DNA from: an uncultured bacterium
GTDB lineage: Bacteria > Krumholzibacteriota > Krumholzibacteriia > LZORAL124-64-63
Direction of reading: 5' to 3'
Length of the DNA: 64,000 nt
NCBI GenBank assembly: GCA_963727525.1
Contig: CAVSGO010000007.1
Coordinates: 1,760,001-1,824,000, forward strand
Shown here: piece by piece, positions 1-10,451 of the stretch
Layout: the number at the start of each line of letters is the position of its first letter
Numbering within the stretch: position 1 is the stretch's first letter
Position numbers and translations under genes: made by a program
The notes under the pieces: model-generated
Told to the model about the DNA's origin: nothing
Seen by the model: only the letters and a program-made list of their open reading frames with translations
Databases searched by the model: none

Positions 1-17
1 GCGACGTCGCCGGGCTC

Positions 18-2081
18 ATGTGCGTCCCGCACCTCCAGCGCGTATTCCGGCGGCCGCTGCGCTTCGTGAGCAAGGCGTGGCAAGAGCCGGCTCTGCCCAG
101 CGAACCGGATGCCGACATCGCTGCCATCGTCGCCGCCGTCGAGCAGGCCTCGTTGCAGAGCACCGTGCAGACGCTGCAGGATTTCGGCACCCGCCACAGC
201 CAGTCCGCCGGCGGCCTGCAGGCCTCGTACTGGATCCGCGATCAGTTCCTGAGCTATGGCTACGCCGACGTCGTACTGGACGACTACAATAGCTGGAACG
301 ACAACGTCGTCTGCACCAAGACCGGCGCCGTGCATCCCGACCGCATCATCGTGATCGGCGCGCACTACGACTCGATCAACCCCAGCAATAACAACGACGC
401 CCCCGGCGCCGACGACAACGCCACCGGCTCCACCTGCGTGCTCACCGCTGCGCGCCTCTTCGCCGACCACGAGTTCGAGAACACCATCGTGTTCATCACC
501 TTCAGCGGCGAGGAGGAGGGACTCTACGGCAGCGAGGCCTGGGCGAACGAGGCGGCCGCCCAGGGCCTGGACATCGTCGCCATGGTGAATCTCGACATGC
601 TGGCCTACCGCGCCGCGGGCGACGCGGCCGACTGCGACGTCGTCGTCAACACTGCCAGTCAACCGCTGCGCGAGGTCACGTACGACTGCGCAGCCACCTA
701 CGTGCCCGGTTTCGCTCTCGTGGATGGCAGCCTGCCCCTGGGCGCGAGCAGCGACCACGCCTCGTTCTGGGCCGCTGGCTTCCGCGCCGTGATGCTCTTC
801 GAGGACACGGGCCAGTACAGTCCCTACATCCACACCGCGAACGATGTCATCGGCACCAGCGCCAACGACTTCGCCTTCATGGCCCAGAACGTGAAGGTGG
901 CGCTGGCCACCACCGCGGCCCTGGCGCGGCCCTTCCGCGTGGCCATCGTGCACACGCCGCTCGTGCATCAGGAAGGCCTCGGTCCGTTCCCCGTCACCGC
1001 ACAGGTGCTCGCCGCGTCGGCCGTGGATCCCGGCAGTGTGCAGCTCCATGTGCGCGTGGACGGCGGCGCGTTCGCCACCACGGCCATGGCGCCCACCGGC
1101 CAACCCGACGAGTACACCGCCGCCATCGCCACCCAGCCCGCCGGCTCGGAGGTGGAGTACTATCTCACAGCCGGCGACGACGGCGGCCACACCGCCAGCA
1201 GTCCCGACGGCGCGCCGGCCGCCACATATGCCTTTCGCACGGGCGTCGACCACGTGCTCGTCGACGACGCCGAGGCCGATCAGGGCTGGAGCTTCCAGGC
1301 CCCAGGCGATTTCGCGGGCACCGGCATCTGGGTACGCGCCGATCCCGTGGGGACGGCATACCAGCCCGAGGCCGATCACACGCCCGATCCCGGCCACATC
1401 TGCTTCGTCACCGGCAACGGCGTACCCGGCGGCGCCAACGGCGATCAGGACGTCGACGGTGGCGCCACCACTCTCACGTCGCCCGTCTTCGACCTCGCCG
1501 GCGTCACCTGGGCCGAGATCTCTTACTGGCGCTGGTACGTCGACGAGACCAGCCACGACGACGACTTCGTCGTCAACATCTCCAGCGACGGCGGCGTCAC
1601 CTGGACCAACCTCGAGACCGTGACCGACACCGCCATGCCCTGGGTCCATGCGGCCTTCACCCTCCCCCAGGGCTCCATCGCCCTCACCGATCAGATGCGC
1701 CTGCGCTTCGTCGCGAGCGACGAGGCAGGCGCCAGCCTGGTCGAAGCCCTCGTCGACGACGTGATGATCGTGGCCACTCGCGCCGGCGGCCCCACGGCGA
1801 CCGGCGACACGCCCGCGGTCGCCGCGAGCCTGGGCGCCTACCCCAACCCCTTCAATCCGCGTACCACGTTCGCTTATACGTTGCCGCGTTCGGGCGACGT
1901 GACGCTGCGCATCCTCGACGCCGGCGGCCGCGAGGTGGCGCGTCCGATCGCGAGCCCCCAACCGGCCGGCCCCGGTGCGTATGCCTGGGACGCAGGGCAA
2001 CTGCCCAGCGGCGTCTACCTGGCGCGTCTGGAGCTGGACGGCCGCGTGCTCGTGAGCCGGAAGCTGACCCTGGTAAGGTGA
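18..2081 (+). CDS. M28 family metallopeptidase (aminopeptidase) with C-terminal FlgD-Ig/T9SS-CTD-like domain; probably 5'-truncated by the window edge
   Basis: M28 motifs GAHYDS, GADDNATG, GEEEGLYGS, NLDM, SDH and YIHT. C-terminal YPNPFNP...LPSGVY...KLTLVR. The frame is open back to the window start. Confidence 0.9.
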   Translation: MCVPHLQRVFRRPLRFVSKAWQEPALPSEPDADIAAIVAAVEQASLQSTVQTLQDFGTRHSQSAGGLQASYWIRDQFLSYGYADVVLDDYNSWNDNVVCTKTGAVHPDRIIVIGAHYDSINPSNNNDAPGADDNATGSTCVLTAARLFADHEFENTIVFITFSGEEEGLYGSEAWANEAAAQGLDIVAMVNLDMLAYRAAGDAADCDVVVNTASQPLREVTYDCAATYVPGFALVDGSLPLGASSDHASFWAAGFRAVMLFEDTGQYSPYIHTANDVIGTSANDFAFMAQNVKVALATTAALARPFRVAIVHTPLVHQEGLGPFPVTAQVLAASAVDPGSVQLHVRVDGGAFATTAMAPTGQPDEYTAAIATQPAGSEVEYYLTAGDDGGHTASSPDGAPAATYAFRTGVDHVLVDDAEADQGWSFQAPGDFAGTGIWVRADPVGTAYQPEADHTPDPGHICFVTGNGVPGGANGDQDVDGGATTLTSPVFDLAGVTWAEISYWRWYVDETSHDDDFVVNISSDGGVTWTNLETVTDTAMPWVHAAFTLPQGSIALTDQMRLRFVASDEAGASLVEALVDDVMIVATRAGGPTATGDTPAVAASLGAYPNPFNPRTTFAYTLPRSGDVTLRILDAGGREVARPIASPQPAGPGAYAWDAGQLPSGVYLARLELDGRVLVSRKLTLVR

Positions 2082-2218
2082 TCAATCAGGCGGCTCCGGC
2101 GCCTCGCGTGAAACCGGAGCCACCACGCACAATCTCTTGTATCATTGCTGCTTGCCGCATCGACACCACCACGAAACCAGCGGCACCGGGTCCGACGTAT
2201 ACAACCTTTTCGCGAGCG

Positions 2219-2248
2219 TTCAAACCTCTGCCCCCCGGCCGCCGTCCA
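2219..2248 (+). promoter_or_regulatory. Putative ECF sigma promoter (autoregulatory)
   Basis: TTCAAACC-N16-CGTCCA directly upstream of the ECF sigma gene; matches the generic ECF AAC...CGT pattern. Confidence 0.5.
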
Positions 2249-2256
2249 AAGGGAGC

Positions 2257-2889
2257 ATGACGATCATGGACCCCGTTCCCGAGACCTTTCCCGAGGATCC
2301 GACGATGCAAGCGCAGGCAGCCCTCCAGCCTCTCACCGCCGGCCCCGACGCGCGCGTCCACGACGACGTGCTCGTGACGGCCGCACGGCGGGGCGAGCAG
2401 GCGGCCTTCGAAGCACTCTACCGCCGGCACGCCGCCACCACGTATGGGCTGTGTCTGCGGCTGGTGGCCGACGCCACGCTTGCCGAGCAGCTCACACAGG
2501 ACGCCTTCGTGCGCGCCTGGCAGCGGCTCGGCAGCTTTCGCCAGGAGGCCCGCTTCGCCACCTGGCTGCACCGGCTCACCGTGAACGTCGTGCTCGACTG
2601 GCGCCGCCAGCGCGATCGCCGGGGCCGGCGCGAGGTCGCCGCAGACGACGCCGGGGGGCTCGACACTGCCGCGACCGCCCACCCGGCCCCGCCGCCCGCC
2701 GTGGCCGAACGCCTCGACCTCGAACGTGCCATTGCACGCCTGCCCGAGGGCGCGCGCACCATCTTCGTGCTACACGACGTGCAGGGTTTTCCGCTCAAGG
2801 AGATCGCTGCCTTGCAGGGTATTGCCGAGGGCACCGTCAAGGCCCAGCTCTTCCGCGCACGTCGCCTGCTACGGGAGGCACTGAAATGA
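2257..2889 (+). CDS. ECF RNA polymerase sigma factor
   Basis: Region 2 AEQLTQDAFVRAW and FATWLHRLTVN; region 4 LKEIAALQGIAEGTVKAQLFRARRLLR. Start uncertain (ATG at 2257, 2266 or 2305). Confidence 0.92.
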   Translation: MTIMDPVPETFPEDPTMQAQAALQPLTAGPDARVHDDVLVTAARRGEQAAFEALYRRHAATTYGLCLRLVADATLAEQLTQDAFVRAWQRLGSFRQEARFATWLHRLTVNVVLDWRRQRDRRGRREVAADDAGGLDTAATAHPAPPPAVAERLDLERAIARLPEGARTIFVLHDVQGFPLKEIAALQGIAEGTVKAQLFRARRLLREALK

Positions 2890-3530
2890 CGTCCTGCGAG
2901 CACATCCGCTCGTTGCTGAACGACGAGATCGACGGCCGACTCGATGCCGCCGCCCACGCCCAGGTAGCCGCCCACCTCGCCACCTGCGCCGACTGCCTGG
3001 CCGAGCGCAACGCGCTGGCCTCGCTGGTGGGGTCGGCCCGCGAGCTACCCGGCGGCATCGAACCACCGCATGACCTATGGCCGCGCATCGCCGATCGCCT
3101 CGAGGCGCCGTCGGCGTTGTCCGGGCTGGCCGCGAGGTCGGCCTGGCGCGCACGGACCGCATACCTGCCGCAGGCGGCGATGGCCGTGGCGGCCTGCCTC
3201 GCGCTCGTGCTACTGTGGCCATCGCGGTCTCCGCACGAACATGCCGGCGACAGCCCCATCCCGAACGACCTCGTGACCCTCGACACCACTTACGAACACG
3301 TGCGCGCCAGCCTCGACAAGATGCTCGTCGCCGGCTGCGACCGGCTATCCGACCCCACCTGCTCCGACCTGAAATCAAGCGTGCAGACCCTCGACGAGTC
3401 GGCCGCCGCCGCGCATGACGCCCTGAGCCAGGCGGGCGGATCGCCTCGCGAGACCATGCTCCTGATCAACACGTACCAGCTCACGATCGACCGCGCCCGC
3501 GGTCTGGCCAGCCGGCTTGCCCGGATCTGA
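2886..3530 (+). CDS. Zinc-binding anti-sigma factor (zf-HC2) with one TM helix
   Basis: MTSCEHI...HLATCADC (HxxxCxxC) and hydrophobic AAMAVAACLALVLLW; ATGA overlap with the sigma stop codon. Confidence 0.88.
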   Translation: MTSCEHIRSLLNDEIDGRLDAAAHAQVAAHLATCADCLAERNALASLVGSARELPGGIEPPHDLWPRIADRLEAPSALSGLAARSAWRARTAYLPQAAMAVAACLALVLLWPSRSPHEHAGDSPIPNDLVTLDTTYEHVRASLDKMLVAGCDRLSDPTCSDLKSSVQTLDESAAAAHDALSQAGGSPRETMLLINTYQLTIDRARGLASRLARI

Positions 3531-3544
3531 CGAGGAGGCCCATC

Positions 3545-4459
3545 ATGTCGTCCCTGCACCGTAACCGCACCCTACAGTTCGCCGCCGTTCTGGTGGCCGC
3601 CGCATGCGCTGCGCTCCCCACCCTCGCAGCCGACCGCAACGTGAACGAGACCCGCAAGGTCGACGCCGACGCCCGCATCACCATCGAGAACATGGCCGGC
3701 GAGGTGGAGGTGACCGGCTGGGACAGGAAAGAGGTGTCGATCACCGGCACCCTCGATCCCAAGGCCGACGAGCTATCCATCGAGGGCGGCGGCAAGTCGC
3801 TGCACATCGAGGTCAAGTACCCGCACAAGCGCAATCTGAACATCGACGAAGGCAGCCACCTCACGCTCAAGGTGCCGCAGGGCTGCGAGCTGCGCGTGGA
3901 GACGGTGTCGGCCGACGTGAAGGTGTCCGACCTCACCGGCGACGTGCGTCTGGCCTCCGTGAGCGGTGACATCGATGCCCAGGGCAAGTTCGCCGATCTG
4001 AACATCGAGACCGTGAGCGGCGACCTCGACGTCGAGGCCACAGCGAAGCGCTGCACCTTCTCCACGGTGAGCGGCGAGATCGACGCCCGCGGCCTCGGCC
4101 GCGAGGTGACCACCTCCAGTGTGAGCGGCGACGTCACCCTGGAGGCCGGCGATCTCGTCACCGAGTTGCGCGTGGAAACCGTGTCGGGCGAGGTCGAGGT
4201 GCAGGCCTCCCCCGCGAAGGATGCCGACTGGAAGGTGTCGAGCCAGTCCGGCGACGTCGACCTCTGGCTGTCCGCGAAGGTCGACGCCGAGTTCGACATC
4301 GAGACCTTCTCCGGCGACATCCGTGATGGTTTCGGCCACGAGGCCGAACGCACCTCCCGCTTCGCTCCCGGCCAGGAGCTCAAGTTCACCCAGGGCAGCG
4401 GCGGCGCCGAGATCACGGTGAACGCGTTCAGCGGCGATGTGACGATCAGGCGGAAGTAG
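3545..4459 (+). CDS. DUF4097 family beta-strand repeat protein, secreted
   Basis: Signal peptide and repeated (T/S)VSGD(V/I/L) units; typical third gene of ECF/anti-sigma operons; GGAGG RBS. Confidence 0.85.
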   Translation: MSSLHRNRTLQFAAVLVAAACAALPTLAADRNVNETRKVDADARITIENMAGEVEVTGWDRKEVSITGTLDPKADELSIEGGGKSLHIEVKYPHKRNLNIDEGSHLTLKVPQGCELRVETVSADVKVSDLTGDVRLASVSGDIDAQGKFADLNIETVSGDLDVEATAKRCTFSTVSGEIDARGLGREVTTSSVSGDVTLEAGDLVTELRVETVSGEVEVQASPAKDADWKVSSQSGDVDLWLSAKVDAEFDIETFSGDIRDGFGHEAERTSRFAPGQELKFTQGSGGAEITVNAFSGDVTIRRK

Positions 4460-4543
4460 GCGCAAAGTCAATGGCAACGCGGCCGCGGTACCGGGGCGTC
4501 CGGACTCCGCGACCGCGATGCCGTGCTGATTCCCGACGTGATA

Positions 4544-7500
4544 TCAATGCCCTCGCGACGCTGCATGCGACCGGAACCATGCGTCCGCGACCGTTGCGTG
4601 CAGCAATGTCGTGAAATACTCGCGGATCTCCGGTCGGCGGCCGGCCGGGAACGCGTCCACGACCGCGCACACGTCCGCGCGAAACGTCGCCGACTCGTCG
4701 CCATATCCCGTCAATCCGAGGATCACCGTCTGGAGCTGCCAGCAGGGAAACGCGTCGGTCCCGGGGTGCTTGCCACGGCGGTATTCGTCCCAGATCTCAC
4801 GCAGGCAGGCCAGGGTCCGCGCATCGTGGGGCTGGCGCAGGATCTGTTGCGCAGCCCACATGATCGTGCCGGCGGGATGGTGCGGGCTCACCAGCATGAG
4901 CACCAGGAGGTCGCGGTCCTGAGGATCGACGCGCATACCGGAGAGGGCGCGGACATCGGCGTACGGAAACTGCTCACGACGTGCCGCATACGGGGCGGGC
5001 AGAATGTCGAATCGACCGGGTTTCTCGTCGAGCAACGCCCCCAGCTGCGCCCGCGATAGCGTGCGGGTCGCCGCGAATGCCGGCTGCTCGAGCAACCAGG
5101 GCGTGATCAATCTGTCGCTCGCCAGCTCGCGCCAGTTGGCGTCGTCGAGGCGTTCGGTAGCGAGACGCGGGAACTCGTAGTACGTCGAGATGCTCCCGCG
5201 GCACACCTGCCGCCGCCCGCCCGTCTCGACGACGACGTAGAGCACGCGCGGGCGCCCGACGGCAGCTTCCACGCAGCTCTCGGCGCTCACCGCCACGTCA
5301 ATCACGCAGGATATCGGGGTCTCCGCGATCGGGGAGCTGTTGTCATTCATCGACAGGCGTTTCAGGCGTCCCGGCATGCCGCGCAGCAGTTCGCAGTCGG
5401 CCGGTGTCTGAGGCTGCCCAGCCAGCTCACGCCTCGCGAGATCCTCGAGCTGGGCCATCAGCTCCTGGAAGTCGGCCCAGCGGTCAAGGCACGCACGCAT
5501 CCGCGACTGTGTGTTGTGTTTCCGGATCGCGTCGAGCATGTCCATATAGGCCGCCTGGATCCGCGTGAACTCATCAAAGCTCGCACCGCGCCGCTTCAGG
5601 TCGTCATATTTCGGTGCGGGATGGGCTTGCCGCCACGCCTGGATGTCGACCGCCCGCCCGAGGCGCACATCCAGTTCTTCCCACAGCCCGCACGCGTGGC
5701 CCGCGTCGACGATCTGCCGCGCGAGGTCGCGCAGGCCGCGATAGAAGTCGGGATAGGGCTCGACGTAACCATGAAAGGCGTCGGTGACGGCAGAAAGGCC
5801 AGAATACATGTGCGCCTCCTTGACGAACACGTGCGTCACGTGGCGCAACTCCGCCCAGGCGGCAAGGGTGGTGTTGAGCTGCTTGTCCCGCCAGGCGTCG
5901 GTCGCCAGTGCAGTCGGCGCGCCGGGAGGCGTCGTCATGAGGGTGGCGAGGACATCGAGTCCTGTGGAATTCAGGGATGCCATTCGCGGCATCAGATCCG
6001 GCGTGGCGAGGACCCGTTCCCATGCCTTGCGTGCGCCGGGATCGAGGGTCTGCGATCGCAGGTCGCGCGCATGGTCGCTGCCGAGCAACGCCGCCGCCAT
6101 GTCGAACCCCGAGACGGGCCAGACACCGCTGTCCATCAGCCGTTGGAAGAGCCGCGCGTCGGGCGTGGACCGCAGACCGAACAGGCGCACGCCGCGCGCT
6201 TGGCCGGGCGAGTACGCGAAGGCGTCGGTGTTGACCACCGGTGCCGGCAACGTGGCAAGCGCAGCGTCGAGTGCATCGGCCACCACGGAGTCGTGCCGGC
6301 CCGCGGCCAGGGCCGCGTCCGGCGCGGCTCCGGTCACGCGCCCAATCACCGCGAGGACATCGGCGGGAGTCGCGTCGTCAGCAGGGCCGAAGAAGAGCGT
6401 CAGCAGCGTATCGACGGCTTGCCATCGGGCGAGGAGATCGGAGTCGGCGGCTAGAAGCGACGCGAGCAGAATGGCGTCGCTCTTGCCCTGCGCCTCGCTC
6501 AGGCGCCACGTGAAGCGACCGCACCAGGTCATCGCGCGGAAGAACGCCTGGTCAGTCTGCGGATCGCTGTGTCGGCCACGCGGCCGATAAGCCGCGTAGT
6601 CCTCGGTCCGCCCGCGCAACGGACTGTCGGCCGGTCCCTCGGCGTTGTCGACCAGAAGCACCTCGTCGTCGACCATCGTCGCGTATATCGACGGCAATAC
6701 CGGTAGGTCGCCAGCATCGAGCAACCGCGCCGCCACGCTGGCCATGGCCCCAACACGCCACGCCGACTCCCGCGTCTCCGGATCCGCGTTGGTCCCACGG
6801 CGGGTCGCGGCACGCGCCAGATCGGCCGTGAAGTGGGTAAGCATGTCGTGCAGGCTGACGGTTTCCAGCGACTCGTACGTCGTCGCCGTCAGCCGCATGA
6901 ATGCGTGCCATATGGCATCGGAAGTGACGAAGGGGTACTCCGGTCGCAGCAACTCGAAGTGCTCGTTCGCCTCCTCGTCGCTCACGGCCACACCCTGCTT
7001 CTGGAGCTGGTCGAGCACCGCAGCCGACACGGAGAACGGACACATCAACCCTCTCGCCGCCGCCGCATGAAGGCGCAGGGCGCGCGTCGCCTTGTCCTGC
7101 AGCATCTCCGCGTCGCGCTCGCACTGGTTGCGGAACCCCGTGCGCCGACGCTCGTCCCAACCGGGCTGGGTCGACGCGGCGGCGAGGCTATCGGCCAGCG
7201 CCGGCATCTCGGTCAGGGCGTGGAGAGCCTCGCGCGACCCCGATCCCGGGATCTGTGCGAGCGCGTCGATGGTGTCGAACATGTCGGATTTCGTCCAGCG
7301 ACGGGTTGCCATGACGACGTCCAGCGCGCGCGGATCGCGCAGCGAGACCAGGATGTGGCGGCCAACGCCCTGCGAGGTCGCGGCGGAGAGCGTATGTTGG
7401 ACGCCGTACATCGCCAGGCGGTCGGCACGCGAATTCTCGATCTCCAGCGCCGGCAACGCAGCGAGCCGAACGGCCAGCTCGGCGGCCGCCGGATGCGGAT

Positions 7501-7801
7501 AGAACTCGAGGAACCGCAGGGCTACGCGGACCGAATCCGGCACCGCCGCCGGCACGGGCCCTTCATCGAGATAGTGATCCACCCGCGCGACGCAGAATCT
7601 GGTCAGCGTGTCGATGGAGGCAAGATCGTGGGGCAGACGACCGGCGTCGAAGGCGTCGTCGTCGAGATAGTCGTCCCAGTTCTCCCGCGCCTGCGCGCTC
7701 GCCAGCAGCAGCACCGCGGCCATCCCCAGCGTCCATGTGATCCTGCGCACGACGTCCCTCCCTCGATCCGTGAATATATGGAAGCGATCCGGCCGGACCA
7801 A
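4544..7801 (-). CDS. DUF3160 domain-containing secreted protein with extra N- and C-terminal regions
   Basis: DUF3160-type motifs FVTSDAIWHAF, EDYAAYRPRGRH, KQLNTTLAAWAELRH, GYVEPYP and STYYEF; signal-like LGMAAVLLLASAQA. The true start may be slightly downstream. Confidence 0.75.
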   Translation of the reverse strand: MVRPDRFHIFTDRGRDVVRRITWTLGMAAVLLLASAQARENWDDYLDDDAFDAGRLPHDLASIDTLTRFCVARVDHYLDEGPVPAAVPDSVRVALRFLEFYPHPAAAELAVRLAALPALEIENSRADRLAMYGVQHTLSAATSQGVGRHILVSLRDPRALDVVMATRRWTKSDMFDTIDALAQIPGSGSREALHALTEMPALADSLAAASTQPGWDERRRTGFRNQCERDAEMLQDKATRALRLHAAAARGLMCPFSVSAAVLDQLQKQGVAVSDEEANEHFELLRPEYPFVTSDAIWHAFMRLTATTYESLETVSLHDMLTHFTADLARAATRRGTNADPETRESAWRVGAMASVAARLLDAGDLPVLPSIYATMVDDEVLLVDNAEGPADSPLRGRTEDYAAYRPRGRHSDPQTDQAFFRAMTWCGRFTWRLSEAQGKSDAILLASLLAADSDLLARWQAVDTLLTLFFGPADDATPADVLAVIGRVTGAAPDAALAAGRHDSVVADALDAALATLPAPVVNTDAFAYSPGQARGVRLFGLRSTPDARLFQRLMDSGVWPVSGFDMAAALLGSDHARDLRSQTLDPGARKAWERVLATPDLMPRMASLNSTGLDVLATLMTTPPGAPTALATDAWRDKQLNTTLAAWAELRHVTHVFVKEAHMYSGLSAVTDAFHGYVEPYPDFYRGLRDLARQIVDAGHACGLWEELDVRLGRAVDIQAWRQAHPAPKYDDLKRRGASFDEFTRIQAAYMDMLDAIRKHNTQSRMRACLDRWADFQELMAQLEDLARRELAGQPQTPADCELLRGMPGRLKRLSMNDNSSPIAETPISCVIDVAVSAESCVEAAVGRPRVLYVVVETGGRRQVCRGSISTYYEFPRLATERLDDANWRELASDRLITPWLLEQPAFAATRTLSRAQLGALLDEKPGRFDILPAPYAARREQFPYADVRALSGMRVDPQDRDLLVLMLVSPHHPAGTIMWAAQQILRQPHDARTLACLREIWDEYRRGKHPGTDAFPCWQLQTVILGLTGYGDESATFRADVCAVVDAFPAGRRPEIREYFTTLLHATVADAWFRSHAASRGH

Positions 7802-7889
7802 CGCCTACCGGTGCCGGCACCACAAGCGCCTTGCCCATCTTCACCATCGTCGACATCACCACAGCAAGGGCCAGGAAGCCTCCCGCCAG

Positions 7890-8215
7890 TGACGCCACGA
7901 CCTCATCCTCCCGACCATCTTGACATCGCGCGTCATATGTCTTGCAACGTTTGACATGAATCGATCCGAGAACGAGCTGGTCGTCGGTGAGGTCGCGATC
8001 ACCGGACTTCTCGACACCCTCCGCAAGAAATTCGCCGCTCCCGCCGAAATGCTCGCAAAAGTCGAGGCTGTTCCTGCGCCAGTTCGAGATCATTCCGCGA
8101 CCCGCCGAACCCCGTCCGTTACCGGTCCGCGGTTCCGATGATCGCTGGGTTCTCGCCAATGCGATCGCAGGTCTCGCTGACGTGATGGTGACCGGAGATC
8201 ATGGTCGGCTGAGCG
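7890..8215 (+). pseudogene. Frameshifted PIN-domain toxin (PIN_3-like) remnant
   Basis: One frame gives ENELVVGEVAITGLLDTLRKKFAAPAEMLAKVEA. After a frameshift near 8068 it continues FLRQFEIIPRPAEPRPLPVRGSDDRWVLANAIAGLADVMVTGDH, matching the PIN RDxDD...A...AD..VTGD motif. The N-terminal DTNV motif is degraded. Confidence 0.7.
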
Positions 8216-8339
8216 CGACCGTCCGACATGCGCCGGCGCAAGACGCGAAAGACCGGCGTGCCGCATCCACCGGATTCGTCCTTCCCGCCCCCGCTAACTC
8301 CTGCTAGTATCCCCGCTTCCCCACATAGGAGGTGACTCG

Positions 8340-10388
8340 ATGTCCGACCGCGAGCGCGCGCAACTCGACCTACCCGAGAATGCTTACCGGGAACTGGAAC
8401 CCGGCGAGACCTACACGCCCATCATCGACCAGGAGAGCGGCGTGCCCGAGGTGACGCCCCGCTCGATCACCTTCGGACTGGTGATGATCGTGGTCTTCTC
8501 GGCGGCGGCCGCGTACATCGCGCTGAAACTTGGCCAGGGTATCGAGACGGCCATCCCGATCAGCATTCTTGCGGTCGGATTCTCGGCGATGGTTGCGCGC
8601 AAGAGCATCCTCATCGAGAACGTGAACATCCTCGCCATCGGCGCCACCTCCGGCATCGTGGTGGGCGGGTCGGTCTTCGTGATGCCGGCCATCTACATGT
8701 TGAATCTGCAGAGTTCCAGTGGCCTCCAGACATTCCTGCAGATCTTCCTCGTGCCCTTCCTGGGCGCCGTGCTCGGGGTGCTCTTCCTGATCCCGTTCCG
8801 CAGCTACTTCACGGATGAGATGCACGGCAAGTTGCCGTTCCCCGAGGGCACGGCGACCACCGAGATCCTCGTGGCCGGCGAAAAGGGCGGCGACCAGGCC
8901 AAGGTGCTGGTATATGCGCTCGGCATCGGCATCGTACTCGACTACCTCGCCCTCGCCCTCTCCGCCTGGAGCGACACGTTCACCACGGCCGCCATCGACA
9001 AGCTGAACGCCTTCACCGACAAGACCAAGGCCGTCTTCGCCATGAACACGTCGGCCGCGGTGCTGGGCCTGGGCGTGATCATCGGCGTGAAGTACGCGTC
9101 GATCATCATGGCCGGGTCCTTGCTCGCGTACTTCGTGCTCATTCCCCTGTTCGCGCACCTGAATCCCATCCTGGCCGCCCACAGCACCGGCGATATCTTC
9201 TTCGGGTTCACCGCGGACGGCGTGACCATGGGCGGGGTGCGCAACATCGGCATTGGCGGCATCTTCGCCGCCGGCGTGATCTCGATCCTCAAGATGGCGC
9301 CGGTCATCAAGCAGGCCCTGCAGCAGATGCTGACCCAGCTCTTCAAGCATCATGACGCGGGCGGCGGCGGCTCGCGATTGAACCGTGACATCAAGATGTC
9401 GACGGTCGCGGTCATGGGCATCGCGCTCGCCGTGATCATTTTCGTGTACTTCCGCCTCGTGGTGGTGGCCAGCGTGCCCCACGCCACGGCCATCGCCCTG
9501 GTGTCGCTGGTGCTGACGTACTTGATCGTGTTTCTGTTCTCGGCCGTATCGGCCTGGGCGGTGGCCATGATCTCGGTGACGCCCATCTCCGGCATGACCC
9601 TCACCACCCTGATCATCGCCGCCGTCCTGCTTGCCGCTTTCGGCCTGTCGGGCGCGTCGGGCATGCTCGCCATCCTCCTCATCGGCGGCGTGGTGTGCAC
9701 CGCGCTGTCGATGTCCGGCTCGCTGGTCACGCAGTTCAAGATCGGCTACTGGCTCGGTTCCACGCCCCGGACGATCCAGTGGAGCAACATCCTGGGCTCG
9801 GCCCTGGCCAGCCTCACGGTGACAGCCGTGATCATGCTCTTCGCCAAGGTCTACGGCTACGGCACCCCCACCGCCGTCCACCCGCACCCCTTGCCCGCCC
9901 CCCAGGCCGGCGCCATGGCCGCCGTGGCCAACGCCTTCCTCGGCGGCCAGGGCGCCCCGTGGCTGCTCTACGTCGTGGGCGCGGTGATCGCCGTGGTGGT
10001 GTCGATGCTCGGCGTGTCGGCCCTGGCCTTCGCCCTGGGCATGTACCTGCCCATCGAGCTGAACAGCCCCATCCTGCTGGGCGCCATCGTCGGCTGGCTC
10101 ATCATGCACAGCTCCAAGGACCCGGCCACGTCCAAGGCCCGCAGCGACAAGGCCATCCTCATCGCCTCGGGTCTCATCGCCGGCGGCGCCCTCGCCGGTG
10201 TCTTCGATGGCATCACGAAGATGGTGCTCTCCGAGGGCTTCCACGTCGATCCGGACACGTTCGGCTTCCAGAGCTGGCTGCCGGGTGTCTTCACGCCGGG
10301 CTTCCAGAACTGGCTGGGTTTGATCGTGTTCCTCGGACTGGCGACGTTCCTGTACGTGGATGCGAGGAAGGCGAAGGCGGAAGGCTGA
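8340..10388 (+). CDS. OPT family oligopeptide transporter
   Basis: Multi-TM protein with motifs YIALKLG, IENVNI, LPFPEGTA, LPAPQA, ALGMYLP and ASGLIAG; AGGAGG RBS. Confidence 0.93.
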   Translation: MSDRERAQLDLPENAYRELEPGETYTPIIDQESGVPEVTPRSITFGLVMIVVFSAAAAYIALKLGQGIETAIPISILAVGFSAMVARKSILIENVNILAIGATSGIVVGGSVFVMPAIYMLNLQSSSGLQTFLQIFLVPFLGAVLGVLFLIPFRSYFTDEMHGKLPFPEGTATTEILVAGEKGGDQAKVLVYALGIGIVLDYLALALSAWSDTFTTAAIDKLNAFTDKTKAVFAMNTSAAVLGLGVIIGVKYASIIMAGSLLAYFVLIPLFAHLNPILAAHSTGDIFFGFTADGVTMGGVRNIGIGGIFAAGVISILKMAPVIKQALQQMLTQLFKHHDAGGGGSRLNRDIKMSTVAVMGIALAVIIFVYFRLVVVASVPHATAIALVSLVLTYLIVFLFSAVSAWAVAMISVTPISGMTLTTLIIAAVLLAAFGLSGASGMLAILLIGGVVCTALSMSGSLVTQFKIGYWLGSTPRTIQWSNILGSALASLTVTAVIMLFAKVYGYGTPTAVHPHPLPAPQAGAMAAVANAFLGGQGAPWLLYVVGAVIAVVVSMLGVSALAFALGMYLPIELNSPILLGAIVGWLIMHSSKDPATSKARSDKAILIASGLIAGGALAGVFDGITKMVLSEGFHVDPDTFGFQSWLPGVFTPGFQNWLGLIVFLGLATFLYVDARKAKAEG

Positions 10389-10413
10389 TGCCGGTGTGAT
10401 GCCGAGGAGTCGT

Positions 10414-10451
10414 GAACGGGGCTGGGCGCTGTCCGGCCCCGTTCTTGATTT
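10414..10451 (+). terminator. Hairpin terminator after the OPT transporter
   Basis: GAACGGGGC...GCCCCGTTC followed by TTGATTT. Confidence 0.6.

Noticed and set aside
3900-4445. Repeated GTGAGCGGCGA-like units as a possible CRISPR array or tandem repeat
   Set aside because: They encode the VSGD repeats of the DUF4097 protein and are degenerate at third codon positions.
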